From an uncultured Chloroflexia bacterium (lineage in GTDB: Bacteria > Chloroflexota > Limnocylindria > Limnocylindrales > CSP1-4): a DNA stretch of 64,000 nucleotides. The translations under genes and the position numbers were made by a program. Of this stretch, positions 10,039 through 18,995 are shown piece after piece; the stretch's first letter is position 1, and each line of letters starts with the position of its first letter. The notes beneath the pieces were generated by a model. That model ran no database searches. It saw only the letters and a program-made list of their open reading frames with translations, and was not told the origin of the DNA. The stretch spans positions 193,975 through 257,974 of the forward strand of contig CAWDXT010000015.1 of the NCBI GenBank assembly GCA_963806265.1, written 5' to 3'.

Positions 10039-10117
10039 CCGCCTGGTGCCTGGCTCCCCGTGCCGCCGATCCGGACTGGGCACCCGCCTGGTGCCTGGCT
10101 CCCCGTGCCGCCGATCC
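10039..10117. repeat. Exact 34-nt direct duplication (period 45 nt) in the intergenic region
   Basis: ccgcctggtgcctggctccccgtgccgccgatcc occurs at 10039-10072 and again at 10084-10117. Confidence 0.9.
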
Positions 10118-10163
10118 AGTCTCGACGGCCGATGGGCCGGATGTCCCGCGCTACCATCCAGCC

Positions 10164-10640
10164 ATGACCGACGTCCTCGCCATCCCCGACGAGCTGCACG
10201 CCAGCGGCACCGGCGGCGCCGGCTTTCGCCCGGCCCTCCCGCTCGCCGAGCTCCCGCCGGGGGCCATGCGACGCGTCACGTTCGGCGAGCTCGACGTGCT
10301 CATCGCGCACACCGATCGAGGCCTCGTGGCGGTCGACGACCGCTGCCCTCACATGTCGGCGCCACTGTCGATCGGGACGCTCGAGGGCTGCATCGTCGGC
10401 TGCCCGCTCCACAGCGGGCGATTCGACCTCGCATCCGGGGATCCCGTCCAGATGCCGACCACCGGCGGCCTGTGGCCCGACGGCCGCTACGAGCCCGTCT
10501 GGGCGCCACCCGGCCGCGAACCGAAGCCGGATCCGCCCGGGATCAAGGCCGAGGCGCGCCGCCTGACCCGCGTCCGGCGCCTGCGCTACTACCCGATTCG
10601 TGTGGCGGCGGGCGTGATCGAGGTTGCCATCCCCGGCTGA
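10164..10640 (+). CDS. Rieske [2Fe-2S] ferredoxin-type protein
   Basis: CPHMSAPL...GCPLHSGRF is the Rieske CxH...CxxH motif. The start is taken at MTDVLAIP (ATG 10164). The upstream part of the ORF is the duplicated repeat. Confidence 0.75.
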   Translation: MTDVLAIPDELHASGTGGAGFRPALPLAELPPGAMRRVTFGELDVLIAHTDRGLVAVDDRCPHMSAPLSIGTLEGCIVGCPLHSGRFDLASGDPVQMPTTGGLWPDGRYEPVWAPPGREPKPDPPGIKAEARRLTRVRRLRYYPIRVAAGVIEVAIPG

Positions 10641-10644
10641 CCGG

Positions 10645-11541
10645 TCAGGCTGTCGGCGGCTCGATCCCGTTCGCCTGCGCGTACTGCGTGATGATCGTGA
10701 CCGCCTCCTCCGGGTCGTCGGTCACCCGCAGCAGATCGAGGTCGGACTGCGCGATCGCGCCCGCCGGCAGCTGCACCTCCCGCATCCAGGCGACCAGCCC
10801 ATCCCAGTAGGCGTGGCCGATCAGAACGACCGGGAAGTGGCTGATCTTGCCGGTCTGGATCAGGGTCAGCGACTCGAACAGCTCGTCCAGCGTGCCGAAG
10901 CCGCCGGGCAGGATGACGAACGCATCCGAGTACTTCACGAACATCGTCTTGCGCGCGAAGAAGTAGTGGAACTCGATCGACACGTCCACATACGGGTTCA
11001 GGTGCTGCTCGTGCGGCAGCTCGATGTTGCAGCCGATCGACAGCCCGCCCGCCTCGTGGGCGCCCCTGTTGGCCGCCTCCATCACGCCCGGACCGCCGCC
11101 CGTGATCACCGCGAAGCCGGCCTCGGCCAGCTCGCCGCCGATGCGTTGCGCCATGGCATATGCCGGATCGCTCTCCCCCACCCTCGCCGAGCCGAACACG
11201 GCGACCGCCGGGCCGATCTCGGCCAGCGCCTCGAAACCCTCGACGAACTCGGACAGGATCCGCAGGGCACGCCAGGTGTCCGTCTCGAGGAAGGCGGGAC
11301 GCTCGGCGCGCCCGGCGAGCAGCTTCTCATCCTCGGTCCGCTGCCTGCCCGAGAAGCGCGCCACAGCCTCGGGGCGGATCGACACCCGGCCACGGCGCAT
11401 CGCCGCTGGTGCCGGTGCGTGGTCCGTCCGGTCGTGGTCGGTGTGGTCCGCACGCATCCGCGGCGGGTCGGCCTGCTGTGGGTCGGCTCCGGGCGGGCGT
11501 GCATCGGCCCGTTTCGGCTCCGACCGCTCCTGATCGCTCAT
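10645..11541 (-). CDS. LOG-family (TIGR00730) nucleotide 5'-monophosphate nucleosidase with an approximately 80-aa low-complexity N-terminal extension
   Basis: AVFGSARVGESDPAY...VITGGGPGVMEAANRGA...FVILPGGFGTLDELFESLTLIQTGK (the PGGxGTxxE motif). Confidence 0.85.
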   Translation of the reverse strand: MSDQERSEPKRADARPPGADPQQADPPRMRADHTDHDRTDHAPAPAAMRRGRVSIRPEAVARFSGRQRTEDEKLLAGRAERPAFLETDTWRALRILSEFVEGFEALAEIGPAVAVFGSARVGESDPAYAMAQRIGGELAEAGFAVITGGGPGVMEAANRGAHEAGGLSIGCNIELPHEQHLNPYVDVSIEFHYFFARKTMFVKYSDAFVILPGGFGTLDELFESLTLIQTGKISHFPVVLIGHAYWDGLVAWMREVQLPAGAIAQSDLDLLRVTDDPEEAVTIITQYAQANGIEPPTA

Positions 11542-11732
11542 GGTTGGTTCAGCATGCCACCGGTCACGCGCCGCTGCGCGGTGGCGCGAGGCTCGGAACG
11601 CCCCGGTCGCTATGCCGGACGGCGGCCCGGTCGGGCGTACCGGCCCTTGCGCCCCGAGAGGATGCGCCGAATCGTCTGGATGGCTGCTCGGCGCCTGATC
11701 GCCGAGGGCGCCGGCAGGTAGGGGTGCGCACG

Positions 11733-13580
11733 ATGAGCTCGCGTGGTCGTCCGGTGCCGCGTCCCACGGGGGGACTCCCCGTCGCCATCCTGGTTACGGT
11801 CCTGCTCGTCGCCTCGTGCGGCGACGGCACGAGCAACACGCCCAGCGCACCCGCATCAGGCTCCAGCGCGGGGTCGGCGTCGCCCGCCACGCCCGCGGCA
11901 CCCGCCACGCCCGCGGCACCCTCCATGCAATCCGCCTCAGCCACGCCGGTGGCCACAGCGACGCCGGCCGCAACCGATGCCTCCGCCTTTGCCCCGGGGG
12001 CGCTTGCGGTCACCGTGTCGGACAGGATCAGGGTGCGGTCGAAGCCCGGCGTCAGCGACGATTCGGTCCGCTACCAGCCACTGCTCCCGACCGGGACTCA
12101 GCTCGTGATCACCGGTGGTCCGGTCAATGCCGCCGGGTACTCCTGGTACCGGGTCGTCCCGCTGAACATGACGCTGGAGGGAGGGGTCGAAGAGGGATGG
12201 GTGGCGATCGCCGACCACGATGGCACGCCGTGGGTGGCGCTGGCCGATGATCCCACGCCGGGCTTCGAGCTCGCCTCGGTCGCGACGAACCGCCCGGCGC
12301 CGAGCGTCGCGGCGGCCCACGACGGCGCCGCGAGCATCAACGGCTTCGGTCTCTCGCTGTACCGCGAGCTGCTGCTCGGGAGCTCGCTCGCGGGCGACCC
12401 GACCAACGTCGTGGTCTCGCCAACGAGCGTCGCGCTCGCGCTCACCATGGCTCGCGCCGGCGCCCGAGGCGCCACGGCCACGGAGCTTGACAAGCTCCTC
12501 GAGACGTCCGGGTGGGATGCCCTGAGCGGCGGGATGGCCTCGCTGCAACAGCTGCTGGCCACGCGGGACACCGCCTGGACCGACTGGGATGGCACTACCC
12601 ACGCGCTCGCGCTCCGGATTGCAAACGCGGCGTTTGCGCAGGATGGATGGGCGATCCGCCCTGAGTTCCTGCAACAGATCGACCAGGCTCTCGGCGCAGG
12701 CCTTGGGCTGCTGGACTACCAGGCGGACCCGGAGGCAGCACGCGAGGCGATCAACGGCTGGGTGGCCCGCCAGACCGTCGGTCGCATTCCCCATCTTCTC
12801 GCCACCGGCGACGTCAGCGAGCTCACCCGGCTCGTGCTGGTCAACGCGATGTACCTCAAGGCGCAGTGGGAGGTCGAGTTCCAGACCGGAGGCACGAGGG
12901 ACCGGGCGTTCACGATGCCCGACGGCACTCGCGAGCAGGTGCCCACGATGACGCTCCAGGGTGGCCAGTCCGTCCCGTACGCTTCGGGCTCCGGCTGGCA
13001 GGCGACCGAGCTGCGGTACCTCGGCGCGGACGGCTCGGCGCCGCTCGCGATGACACTGATCGTCCCCGACGACCTGGCGCGCTTCGAACGCGGCCTCACC
13101 AGCGGGAGGCTCACAACCATCGTCGACCGTCTGGATGCGGAGCGAGACGGCCTGCAACGGCTGACGGACGCGGAGTCGACCGCCGACCCCTCCTGCTCCT
13201 TCTATGCCTATGAGGTGCACCTGCTGATGCCGCGGTTCGGGATCGACACCCGGGCTGATCTCAAGCCGGTGCTCGCGGCGATGGGCATGGTCACCTCCGG
13301 CGACCCGGGTTCGGCCGACTTCAGCGGGATCACCAGCCCGAGCTCCGTCTACATCTCCAAGATCATTCACCAGGCGAACATCGATGTCGACGAGCACGGC
13401 ACCGAAGCCGCGGCCGCGACCGCCATCGGCATGGATACGACGGGTGGCTGCGGTCGGCCCCAGCCGGAACGGACCATCACGCTGCGGCTGAACCGGCCGT
13501 TCCTGTTCGCGCTGCGGGACCTCCAAACCGGCGCGATCCTGTTCCTGGGCCACGTGGTCGATCCCACCGCGCGCAGCTGA
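11733..13580 (+). CDS. Lipoprotein serpin (serine protease inhibitor) with an N-terminal SH3b-like domain
   Basis: Signal peptide and lipobox (LPVAILVTVLLVASCG). SH3-like segment (IRVRSKPGVSDDSVRYQPLLPTGTQLVITGGPVNAAGYSWYRV). Serpin core (NVVVSPTSVALALTMARAGARGATATEL...LVLVNAMYLKAQW...) with an inhibitory hinge/RCL GTEAAAATAIGMDTTGGCGRPQPERTITLRLNRPFLFAL. Confidence 0.85.
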   Translation: MSSRGRPVPRPTGGLPVAILVTVLLVASCGDGTSNTPSAPASGSSAGSASPATPAAPATPAAPSMQSASATPVATATPAATDASAFAPGALAVTVSDRIRVRSKPGVSDDSVRYQPLLPTGTQLVITGGPVNAAGYSWYRVVPLNMTLEGGVEEGWVAIADHDGTPWVALADDPTPGFELASVATNRPAPSVAAAHDGAASINGFGLSLYRELLLGSSLAGDPTNVVVSPTSVALALTMARAGARGATATELDKLLETSGWDALSGGMASLQQLLATRDTAWTDWDGTTHALALRIANAAFAQDGWAIRPEFLQQIDQALGAGLGLLDYQADPEAAREAINGWVARQTVGRIPHLLATGDVSELTRLVLVNAMYLKAQWEVEFQTGGTRDRAFTMPDGTREQVPTMTLQGGQSVPYASGSGWQATELRYLGADGSAPLAMTLIVPDDLARFERGLTSGRLTTIVDRLDAERDGLQRLTDAESTADPSCSFYAYEVHLLMPRFGIDTRADLKPVLAAMGMVTSGDPGSADFSGITSPSSVYISKIIHQANIDVDEHGTEAAAATAIGMDTTGGCGRPQPERTITLRLNRPFLFALRDLQTGAILFLGHVVDPTARS

Positions 13581-13853
13581 GCTGGACCGCTCGGCGGCCC
13601 ATCCGCCGATGCCTGCCGGCTCCCGATGCCTGCCAGTCATCGAAGCTGGGCGCTGGGCGCGGTTCGCGGCCGTCCGGTGGCTTCAGTTCGCTTCCCCATG
13701 ACCACGCGTCATGGATTCGACTCGAGAGGGACGGCCAGGCGCGCTATCTCGCACAAGCGTTGCCTGCTGGACATTGCTGCCCCGCCGGGTGACGGCGATG
13801 GCAGGGGGATGGCCCGGGCACAACCCGTTCGGCGCGGCACCCGTGCCTGCAGG

Positions 13854-14210
13854 TCAGCCCGGCTTCGCCAGCCAGGCCTTCCAGGTCGCCTCGTCCTTGC
13901 CAGCCGTCACCTGCTCGCCGTAGCGAACCAGCGGCAGCCGGATCAGCCTGGCGTCCGCCAGCAGGCGCGCGGTGATGCCGGCCTCGTCCAGGGCGAGGTG
14001 GTCCAGGCCCTCGTCGCGATACGGACGGCTGTTGTGATCGAGCAGCGCCGTCGCACCCAGGCGGTCCGTGAAACGACGGAGCTCACCGGGTGCGAGGGGC
14101 TTCTTCTTCAGATCGACGAAGTGGACGACGATCCGCCGCTCGCGGAAGAAGCGGAGGGCGGCCCGGGTCGGCTGTGAGTCGTTGGTGCCGAACACCTGGA
14201 TGTTGGGCAT
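13854..14210 (-). CDS. ArsC/Spx/YffB-family (glutaredoxin-fold) protein lacking the N-terminal Cys
   Basis: MPNIQVFGTNDSQPTRAALRFFRERRIVVHFVDLKKKPLAPGELRRF...LIRLPLV matches the ArsC-like fold pattern. The usual Cys position reads Asp/Ser. The start is taken at M13 of the ORF. Confidence 0.65.
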   Translation of the reverse strand: MPNIQVFGTNDSQPTRAALRFFRERRIVVHFVDLKKKPLAPGELRRFTDRLGATALLDHNSRPYRDEGLDHLALDEAGITARLLADARLIRLPLVRYGEQVTAGKDEATWKAWLAKPG

Positions 14211-14300
14211 CTTCTTCGTCGGCGTGGTGCCGAGCTTGGCGGGCATGTCCCCCGCAGGCTACCGCGTGGGCCGCGTACCATGCGAGCAAGGAGGTTTCGC

Positions 14301-14570
14301 GTGACGATCTGGTTCACCGTCCAGCTCGATGACCGCCCCGGGGCCCTGGCCGAGGTCGCCCGGGCCCTCGCCGATCGCGGCGTCAACATCACCGGGATCG
14401 TCGGCGTGGCGGAGGACACCGACGGCGCGCTGATGCTCACCACGAGCGACGCCGCAGCCACCCGGGAGGCATTCACCGGACTGGGCGTCACGTTCGAGGA
14501 GCACGACCCGACGAGCGCAGAGCCGACCGGGATGTCGATCAGCGACGTCGTTGCCAGCCGGTCGGGCTGA
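14301..14570 (+). CDS. ACT-domain protein
   Basis: VTIWFTVQLDDRPGALAEVARALADRGVNITGIVGV (ACT beta-alpha-beta). GTG 14301 is preceded by AAGGAGG. Confidence 0.65.
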   Translation: MTIWFTVQLDDRPGALAEVARALADRGVNITGIVGVAEDTDGALMLTTSDAAATREAFTGLGVTFEEHDPTSAEPTGMSISDVVASRSG

Positions 14571-14576
14571 CCGCGC

Positions 14577-15317
14577 GTGACCAGCGACCAGAGCCCCGGG
14601 AGGCCCCTGCCTCCGGCTGTCGCGCTGCGTCTCGAGATCGCCGACGAGCCAGGGGCGATCTCGGTCATCGCGGGCCGTGTGGCGGAGGCCGGCGGGCGCG
14701 TGCGCACGCTGTCCACCGTGCGTCGGCTCGCGGGCCAGGGCTCGCATCCGGCCATTTCGCATCCGGCCGATTCGCATCCGGCGGGTCAGTCGATCGCCGA
14801 CCTCGAGCTCGAGATCGAGGACGCCGACGAGCACGCCCTGGTCGAGGCGCTCGGGTCGCTGCGCGAGGTCATCGCGATCCACCTCACCCGGCCGCTGGGC
14901 AAGGTGTTCGGCAAGCGCGTGATCGTGGTCGGGGGTGGCGCTCAGGTGGCCCAGGTCGCGCTGGGCGCCGTGACCGAGGCCGATCGCCACAACCTCCGCG
15001 GCGAGCGAATCTCGGTCGACACGATCCCGCTCGTCGGCGAGGAGGTCATCGCTGCGGCGGTGCGGGCCGTCGCCGACCTGCCGCGAGCGAGGCTGCTGGT
15101 GCTCGCGGGCTCGATCATGGGTGGCGAGATCAGCCGTGCCGCCGAGGAGCTGCGTGCGGTCGGGATCCCCATCATCGCGCTCAACATGGTGGGCTCGATC
15201 ACGCGACACGTGGACCTCGTCGTGAGCGATCCGGTCCAGGCGGGCACGATGGCCGTGATGGCCGTCGCGGACACGGCCACGTTCGAGCTCGCTCGCCAGC
15301 GCGGCCGCCGATACTGA
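14577..15317 (+). CDS. ACT-domain protein with a C-terminal Rossmann-like domain (family not identified)
   Basis: LRLEIADEPGAISVIAGRVAEAGGRV (ACT-like), followed by GKRVIVVGGGAQVAQVALGAVTEADRHNL...LVLAGSIMGGEI. An internal SHPAx x3 repeat forms the linker. Confidence 0.55.
   Translation: MTSDQSPGRPLPPAVALRLEIADEPGAISVIAGRVAEAGGRVRTLSTVRRLAGQGSHPAISHPADSHPAGQSIADLELEIEDADEHALVEALGSLREVIAIHLTRPLGKVFGKRVIVVGGGAQVAQVALGAVTEADRHNLRGERISVDTIPLVGEEVIAAAVRAVADLPRARLLVLAGSIMGGEISRAAEELRAVGIPIIALNMVGSITRHVDLVVSDPVQAGTMAVMAVADTATFELARQRGRRY
14742..14786 (+). repeat. In-frame 15-nt tandem repeat x3 (SHPAI-SHPAD-SHPAG)
   Basis: tcgcatccggcc recurs with a 15-nt period starting at 14742, 14757 and 14772. 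Confidence 0.85.
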
Positions 15318-15351
15318 GCAGCTGCATCGACGGAGGACGGAGCCCCCACCC

Positions 15352-16251
15352 ATGCGCATCGCGACCTGGAACGTCAACTCGCTCAAGGCCCGCATGGAGG
15401 CGGTCGAGAGATGGCTCGTGCGCGCCGAGCCCGACGTCCTCCTGATCCAGGAGACCAAGCTCTCCGATTCCGACGCTCCGGTGATGCCGATGAGCATGCT
15501 GGGGTACGAGCTGGTGCACCACGGTGAGGGCCGCTGGAACGGCGTCGGGATCCTGAGCCGGGTAGGCGCCACGGACATCGTCACCAACTTCGGCGATGGA
15601 CCGGTGCGGGACTCCTCCGCCGGCGCGGCGGCCGGCGACGACGAGGAGGACTTCGACCCGTTCGACGAGGCGCGGATGGTGACCGCCGTATGCGGCGGAG
15701 TGCGCGTCGTGAGCCTGTATGCGCCGAACGGTCGGGTGGTCGACTCGCCGTTCTACCTGGGGAAGCTGCGCTGGTTCGAGCGGCTTGAGCGATGGCTGGC
15801 CGAGACGCGGTCACCCGAGGAGCCGATGGTGCTCGGCGGCGATTACAACGTGACCCCCGCCGCCGAGGACGTGTGGGACGAGGTGAAGGCACACGGCGGC
15901 ACGCACGTGTCGGAGGCTGAGCGTGCGGCGGTGGCGCGGCTGCGCGGCTGGGGCCTCGTGGACGCGTACCGGGAGGCACGCCCGGAGCCGGATCGGTTCT
16001 CGTGGTGGGACTACCGTGCCGGTAACTTCCACCGGAACGAGGGAATGCGGATCGACCTCCTGTTGGCGACCCCTCCCGTGGCGGCGCGGGTGGTATGGGC
16101 CGAGATCGACCGCGAGGCGCGCAAGGGCCCGCCGACGCCCTCGGACCACGCGCCCGTCGTGATCGATCTTGACGAGCCCGGGAAGCCGTTCGATGCCGGC
16201 TGGGAGGGCGCGCTGGCGCGGATCTCTGCGCGGACGAAGCCGCGGCGCTGA
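15352..16251 (+). CDS. xthA: Exodeoxyribonuclease III
   Basis: MRIATWNVNSLKARMEAVERWL...LLIQETK...GDYNV...WWDYR...RIDLLLAT...PSDHAPVVIDL (the EEP nuclease signature). Confidence 0.9.
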   Translation: MRIATWNVNSLKARMEAVERWLVRAEPDVLLIQETKLSDSDAPVMPMSMLGYELVHHGEGRWNGVGILSRVGATDIVTNFGDGPVRDSSAGAAAGDDEEDFDPFDEARMVTAVCGGVRVVSLYAPNGRVVDSPFYLGKLRWFERLERWLAETRSPEEPMVLGGDYNVTPAAEDVWDEVKAHGGTHVSEAERAAVARLRGWGLVDAYREARPEPDRFSWWDYRAGNFHRNEGMRIDLLLATPPVAARVVWAEIDREARKGPPTPSDHAPVVIDLDEPGKPFDAGWEGALARISARTKPRR

Positions 16252-16269
16252 GACGCCAGCGACGACGAC

Positions 16270-16653
16270 CTACTCCTCGCCCTGCTGGACGATGCCCAGC
16301 AGGTTGCCTTCGGGATCCTTGAACCAGGCTGCTCGATTGGGTCCCATCTGGGCGATCCCGTCGACCGTCGTCAGGTTGGGTGTCGCGTACTCCTCGAGGC
16401 TGATGCCGCGCGACCGGAGCTCCGCGACGTCGGCATCGATGTCGGGCGTCAGGAACACCATCTGGGTGTGCGTGCCCGACGCCTGCCCCGAGCTCAGCGA
16501 CAGCGCGAACGAGGTGCCCTCACCCATCGCGTAGAAGATCGCCGTATCGCCGACCCAGCCCGGCTCCAGGCCCAGCGTGCCATCGTAGAAGCGGCGCCCG
16601 GCCTCGAGGTCCGCGGTCGGGATGACGGCCTGGACGCGACGCTCGAACAGCAT
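16270..16653 (-). CDS. VOC/glyoxalase-family protein
   Basis: 127 aa. IPTADLEAGRRFYDGTLGLE...AAWFKDPEGNLLGIVQ. Confidence 0.75.
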   Translation of the reverse strand: MLFERRVQAVIPTADLEAGRRFYDGTLGLEPGWVGDTAIFYAMGEGTSFALSLSSGQASGTHTQMVFLTPDIDADVAELRSRGISLEEYATPNLTTVDGIAQMGPNRAAWFKDPEGNLLGIVQQGEE

Positions 16654-16776
16654 GCCTGCCCTCCTCGATGTGCAGCGGTGATGGGCTCGACGATACGCTC
16701 CTGACCAGGAGGGGGGCCGGCACCGAACCGGCGCTCGCTGCCGGACGCGTCGCCCGCGAGCGGAAGCTGGCCGGCC

Positions 16777-17737
16777 TCAGTCGACGGCCGCCAGCGATCG
16801 CGACCGACCGGATCGCGCGCGCGGCGCGACGGGGCGCGCGACGATCGTGCCTGCATCCTCGTGGAGCATCGCCTCGGCGTCGGTCAGCGACCCGATCGCG
16901 GCGAACCCGCTGTTCGCACGTACGAAACGGCAGGCGGCCTCGACCTTGGGGCCCATCGACCCCGGCGCGAACGCGTGCGCCGCCAGCTCGTCGGGCGACG
17001 CTCGCCGGATCGGCCGGGCGTCAGGCGTGCCCCATCCCTCGAACACGGCCTCGACATCGGTCAGCATCAGGAACGCGTCGGCATGCAGCGAGGTCGCGAG
17101 CAGCGCACCCGCGAAGTCCTTGTCGATCACCGCCTCGACGCCCTCGTGACGGCCCCCGGCCGCCCGCACCACGGGGATCCCGCCACCGCCCGCGCAGACG
17201 ACGATGACGCCCTCCCGGACGAGCAGGTCGATCACCGGCAGCTCCAGGATCCGCTGCGGTTGGGGCGAGGGCACCACGCGTCGCCAGCGGTTGCCATCGG
17301 GCGCGATCGTCCACGACTGCGGCGAGAGCCCGCTCTTCCGCCTCCTCGCGCGAGTAGACGGGACCGATGGGCTTGCTCGGGTGGCCGAACGCCGCGTCGT
17401 GGGGGTCGACCTCGATCCGGGTCAGGATCGTGGCCAGCGACCGCCCCGGAGGCAGGACATTGCCCAGCTCCTGCTCGAGCAGGTAGCCGATCATGCCCTC
17501 GGTCTCGGCATCGAGGATGTCCAGGGGGTAGAGCTCGTCGGGCCGGTAGGCGGCGTTCTGGAGCGCGAGCAGGCCAACCTGCGGCCCGTTGCCATGGGTC
17601 AGGATCAGGTCATGCTCGAGCGCGATCGGGAGCAGCGCTCGCGCGGCCAGGGCCACGTTGGCACGCTGGTTCTCGGCCGTCATCGGCTGGCCGCGCCGAA
17701 GCAGCGCGTTCCCACCCAGCGCAGCGACGACGCGCAT
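16777..17737 (-). pseudogene. arcC: Carbamate kinase; one frame change near 17325-17335
   Basis: [24 protein letters not shown]...[16 protein letters not shown], then in another frame [48 protein letters not shown]...[13 protein letters not shown]...PGSMGPKVEAACRF. The span is 961 nt. Confidence 0.85.
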
Positions 17738-18759
17738 CAGGAGGGCGCTCCGGCGAGGGTCGCCACGAGGACGGCCTTGATCGTGTGCATCCGGTTCTCC
17801 GCCTGGTCGAACACGATCGATGCCGGCGACTCGAACACCTCGTCGGTCACCTCCATCGCGGTCAGGCCGTGGCGCTCGAACATCGCCCGGCCGACCTCGG
17901 TCTCGAGGTCATGGAAGGCCGGCAGACAGTGCATGAAGCGGACGTCGGGATTGCCGGTCATGGCCATCATCGCGGCGTTCACCTGGTACGGGCGGAGCAG
18001 CGCGATGCGCTCGTCCCAGGCCGACTCCGGCTCCCCCATCGAGACCCAGACATCGGTATAGATGGCATCGACGCCGGCGACGCCCTCGGCAATGTCGTCG
18101 GTGACCGTGATCCGGGCGCCGCTCGTGGCCGCCAGCGAGCGGGCGAGCTCGAGGAAGTCCTCGCGCGGCCATACGGCGCGGGGGGCGACGATCCGAAGGT
18201 GCATGCCCATCGTCGCGCAGCCGATCAGCAGCTCGTCCCCCATGTTGCCGCGGGCGTCGCCCACGTAGGCGATCGCCTGGTCACGCAGCGGACGCTGCAC
18301 GTGCTCGCGCAGGGTGAGCAGGTCGGCCAGCACCTGGGTCGGATGGTCCTCGTCGGTGAGCCCGTTGTAGACGGGGACGCCGGCCCATCGGGACAGCGTC
18401 TCGACATCGGACTGGTGGAAGCCACGGAACTCGATCGCGTCGTACACGCGACCCAGCACGCGCGCCGTGTCCCTGACCGACTCCTTCCTGCCGACGTGGC
18501 TGCCCGTCGGGCCGAGGTAGGTCACGTGGGCACCCTGGTCGTAGGCGGCAACCTCGAACCCGATCCGGGTCCGGGTGCTGTCCTTCTCGAAGATGAGCGC
18601 GATCGACCGACCGGCGAGACGCCGGGTCTCGCGTCCCTCCCGCTTCTCGGTCTTCAACCGGGCCGCGAGGTCGAGCAGCAGCTCGATCTCGTCGGCGCTG
18701 AAGTCACGCAGCGTGAGGAACGAGCGACCGAGGAGAGGTGAACCGAGGTGGAGAGCCAT
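17737..18759 (-). CDS. argF: Ornithine carbamoyltransferase (possibly catabolic, since it is coupled to arcC)
   Basis: [13 protein letters not shown]...[11 protein letters not shown]...DVWVSMGE...FMHCLPAFH. The stop overlaps the arcC start. The start is taken at [10 protein letters not shown]. Confidence 0.9.
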   Translation of the reverse strand: MALHLGSPLLGRSFLTLRDFSADEIELLLDLAARLKTEKREGRETRRLAGRSIALIFEKDSTRTRIGFEVAAYDQGAHVTYLGPTGSHVGRKESVRDTARVLGRVYDAIEFRGFHQSDVETLSRWAGVPVYNGLTDEDHPTQVLADLLTLREHVQRPLRDQAIAYVGDARGNMGDELLIGCATMGMHLRIVAPRAVWPREDFLELARSLAATSGARITVTDDIAEGVAGVDAIYTDVWVSMGEPESAWDERIALLRPYQVNAAMMAMTGNPDVRFMHCLPAFHDLETEVGRAMFERHGLTAMEVTDEVFESPASIVFDQAENRMHTIKAVLVATLAGAPS

Positions 18760-18995
18760 TGCCGACTCCGGGATCTGGTGGCGCAGCAACGGGTCAGGGC
18801 CCGAACGCGCCGTGCCGGCGTTCGGGTCAAGGTGACCCGAGCGTGCGCGAGCCTCAACCACCTGTCATGGTCCGGCCGGCCCATCAGGGATGGGCTGGAC
18901 GGGCCGACCGACGCAGGGCGCCGGCAGGCGGCGGCGAGTTGCGCCCGAGGCACTGCCGGCCGTAGCGTGCGCTACGACGGACGCGACGCTGGTGC

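Noticed and set aside
9147-13640. Long antisense or alternative-frame ORFs at 9147..10412(-), 9596..10810(+), 10624..11721(+), 11160..11732(+) and 11937..13640(-). Similar cases occur elsewhere, for example 19909..21720(-), 16861..18741(+), 6533..8239(-) upstream part, 53701..54534(+) and 39035..40327(+).
   Set aside because: Their composition is dominated by Arg/Pro/Gly/Ala with no recognisable motifs. Each overlaps a gene on the other strand or frame that has clear family signatures.
13696-13714. A palindrome ccatgac-cacgc-gtcatgg in the 273-nt convergent gap after the serpin gene.
   Set aside because: The stem is short (7 bp), there is no U-tract, and it lies 115 nt past the stop. This is not enough for a terminator or operator call.
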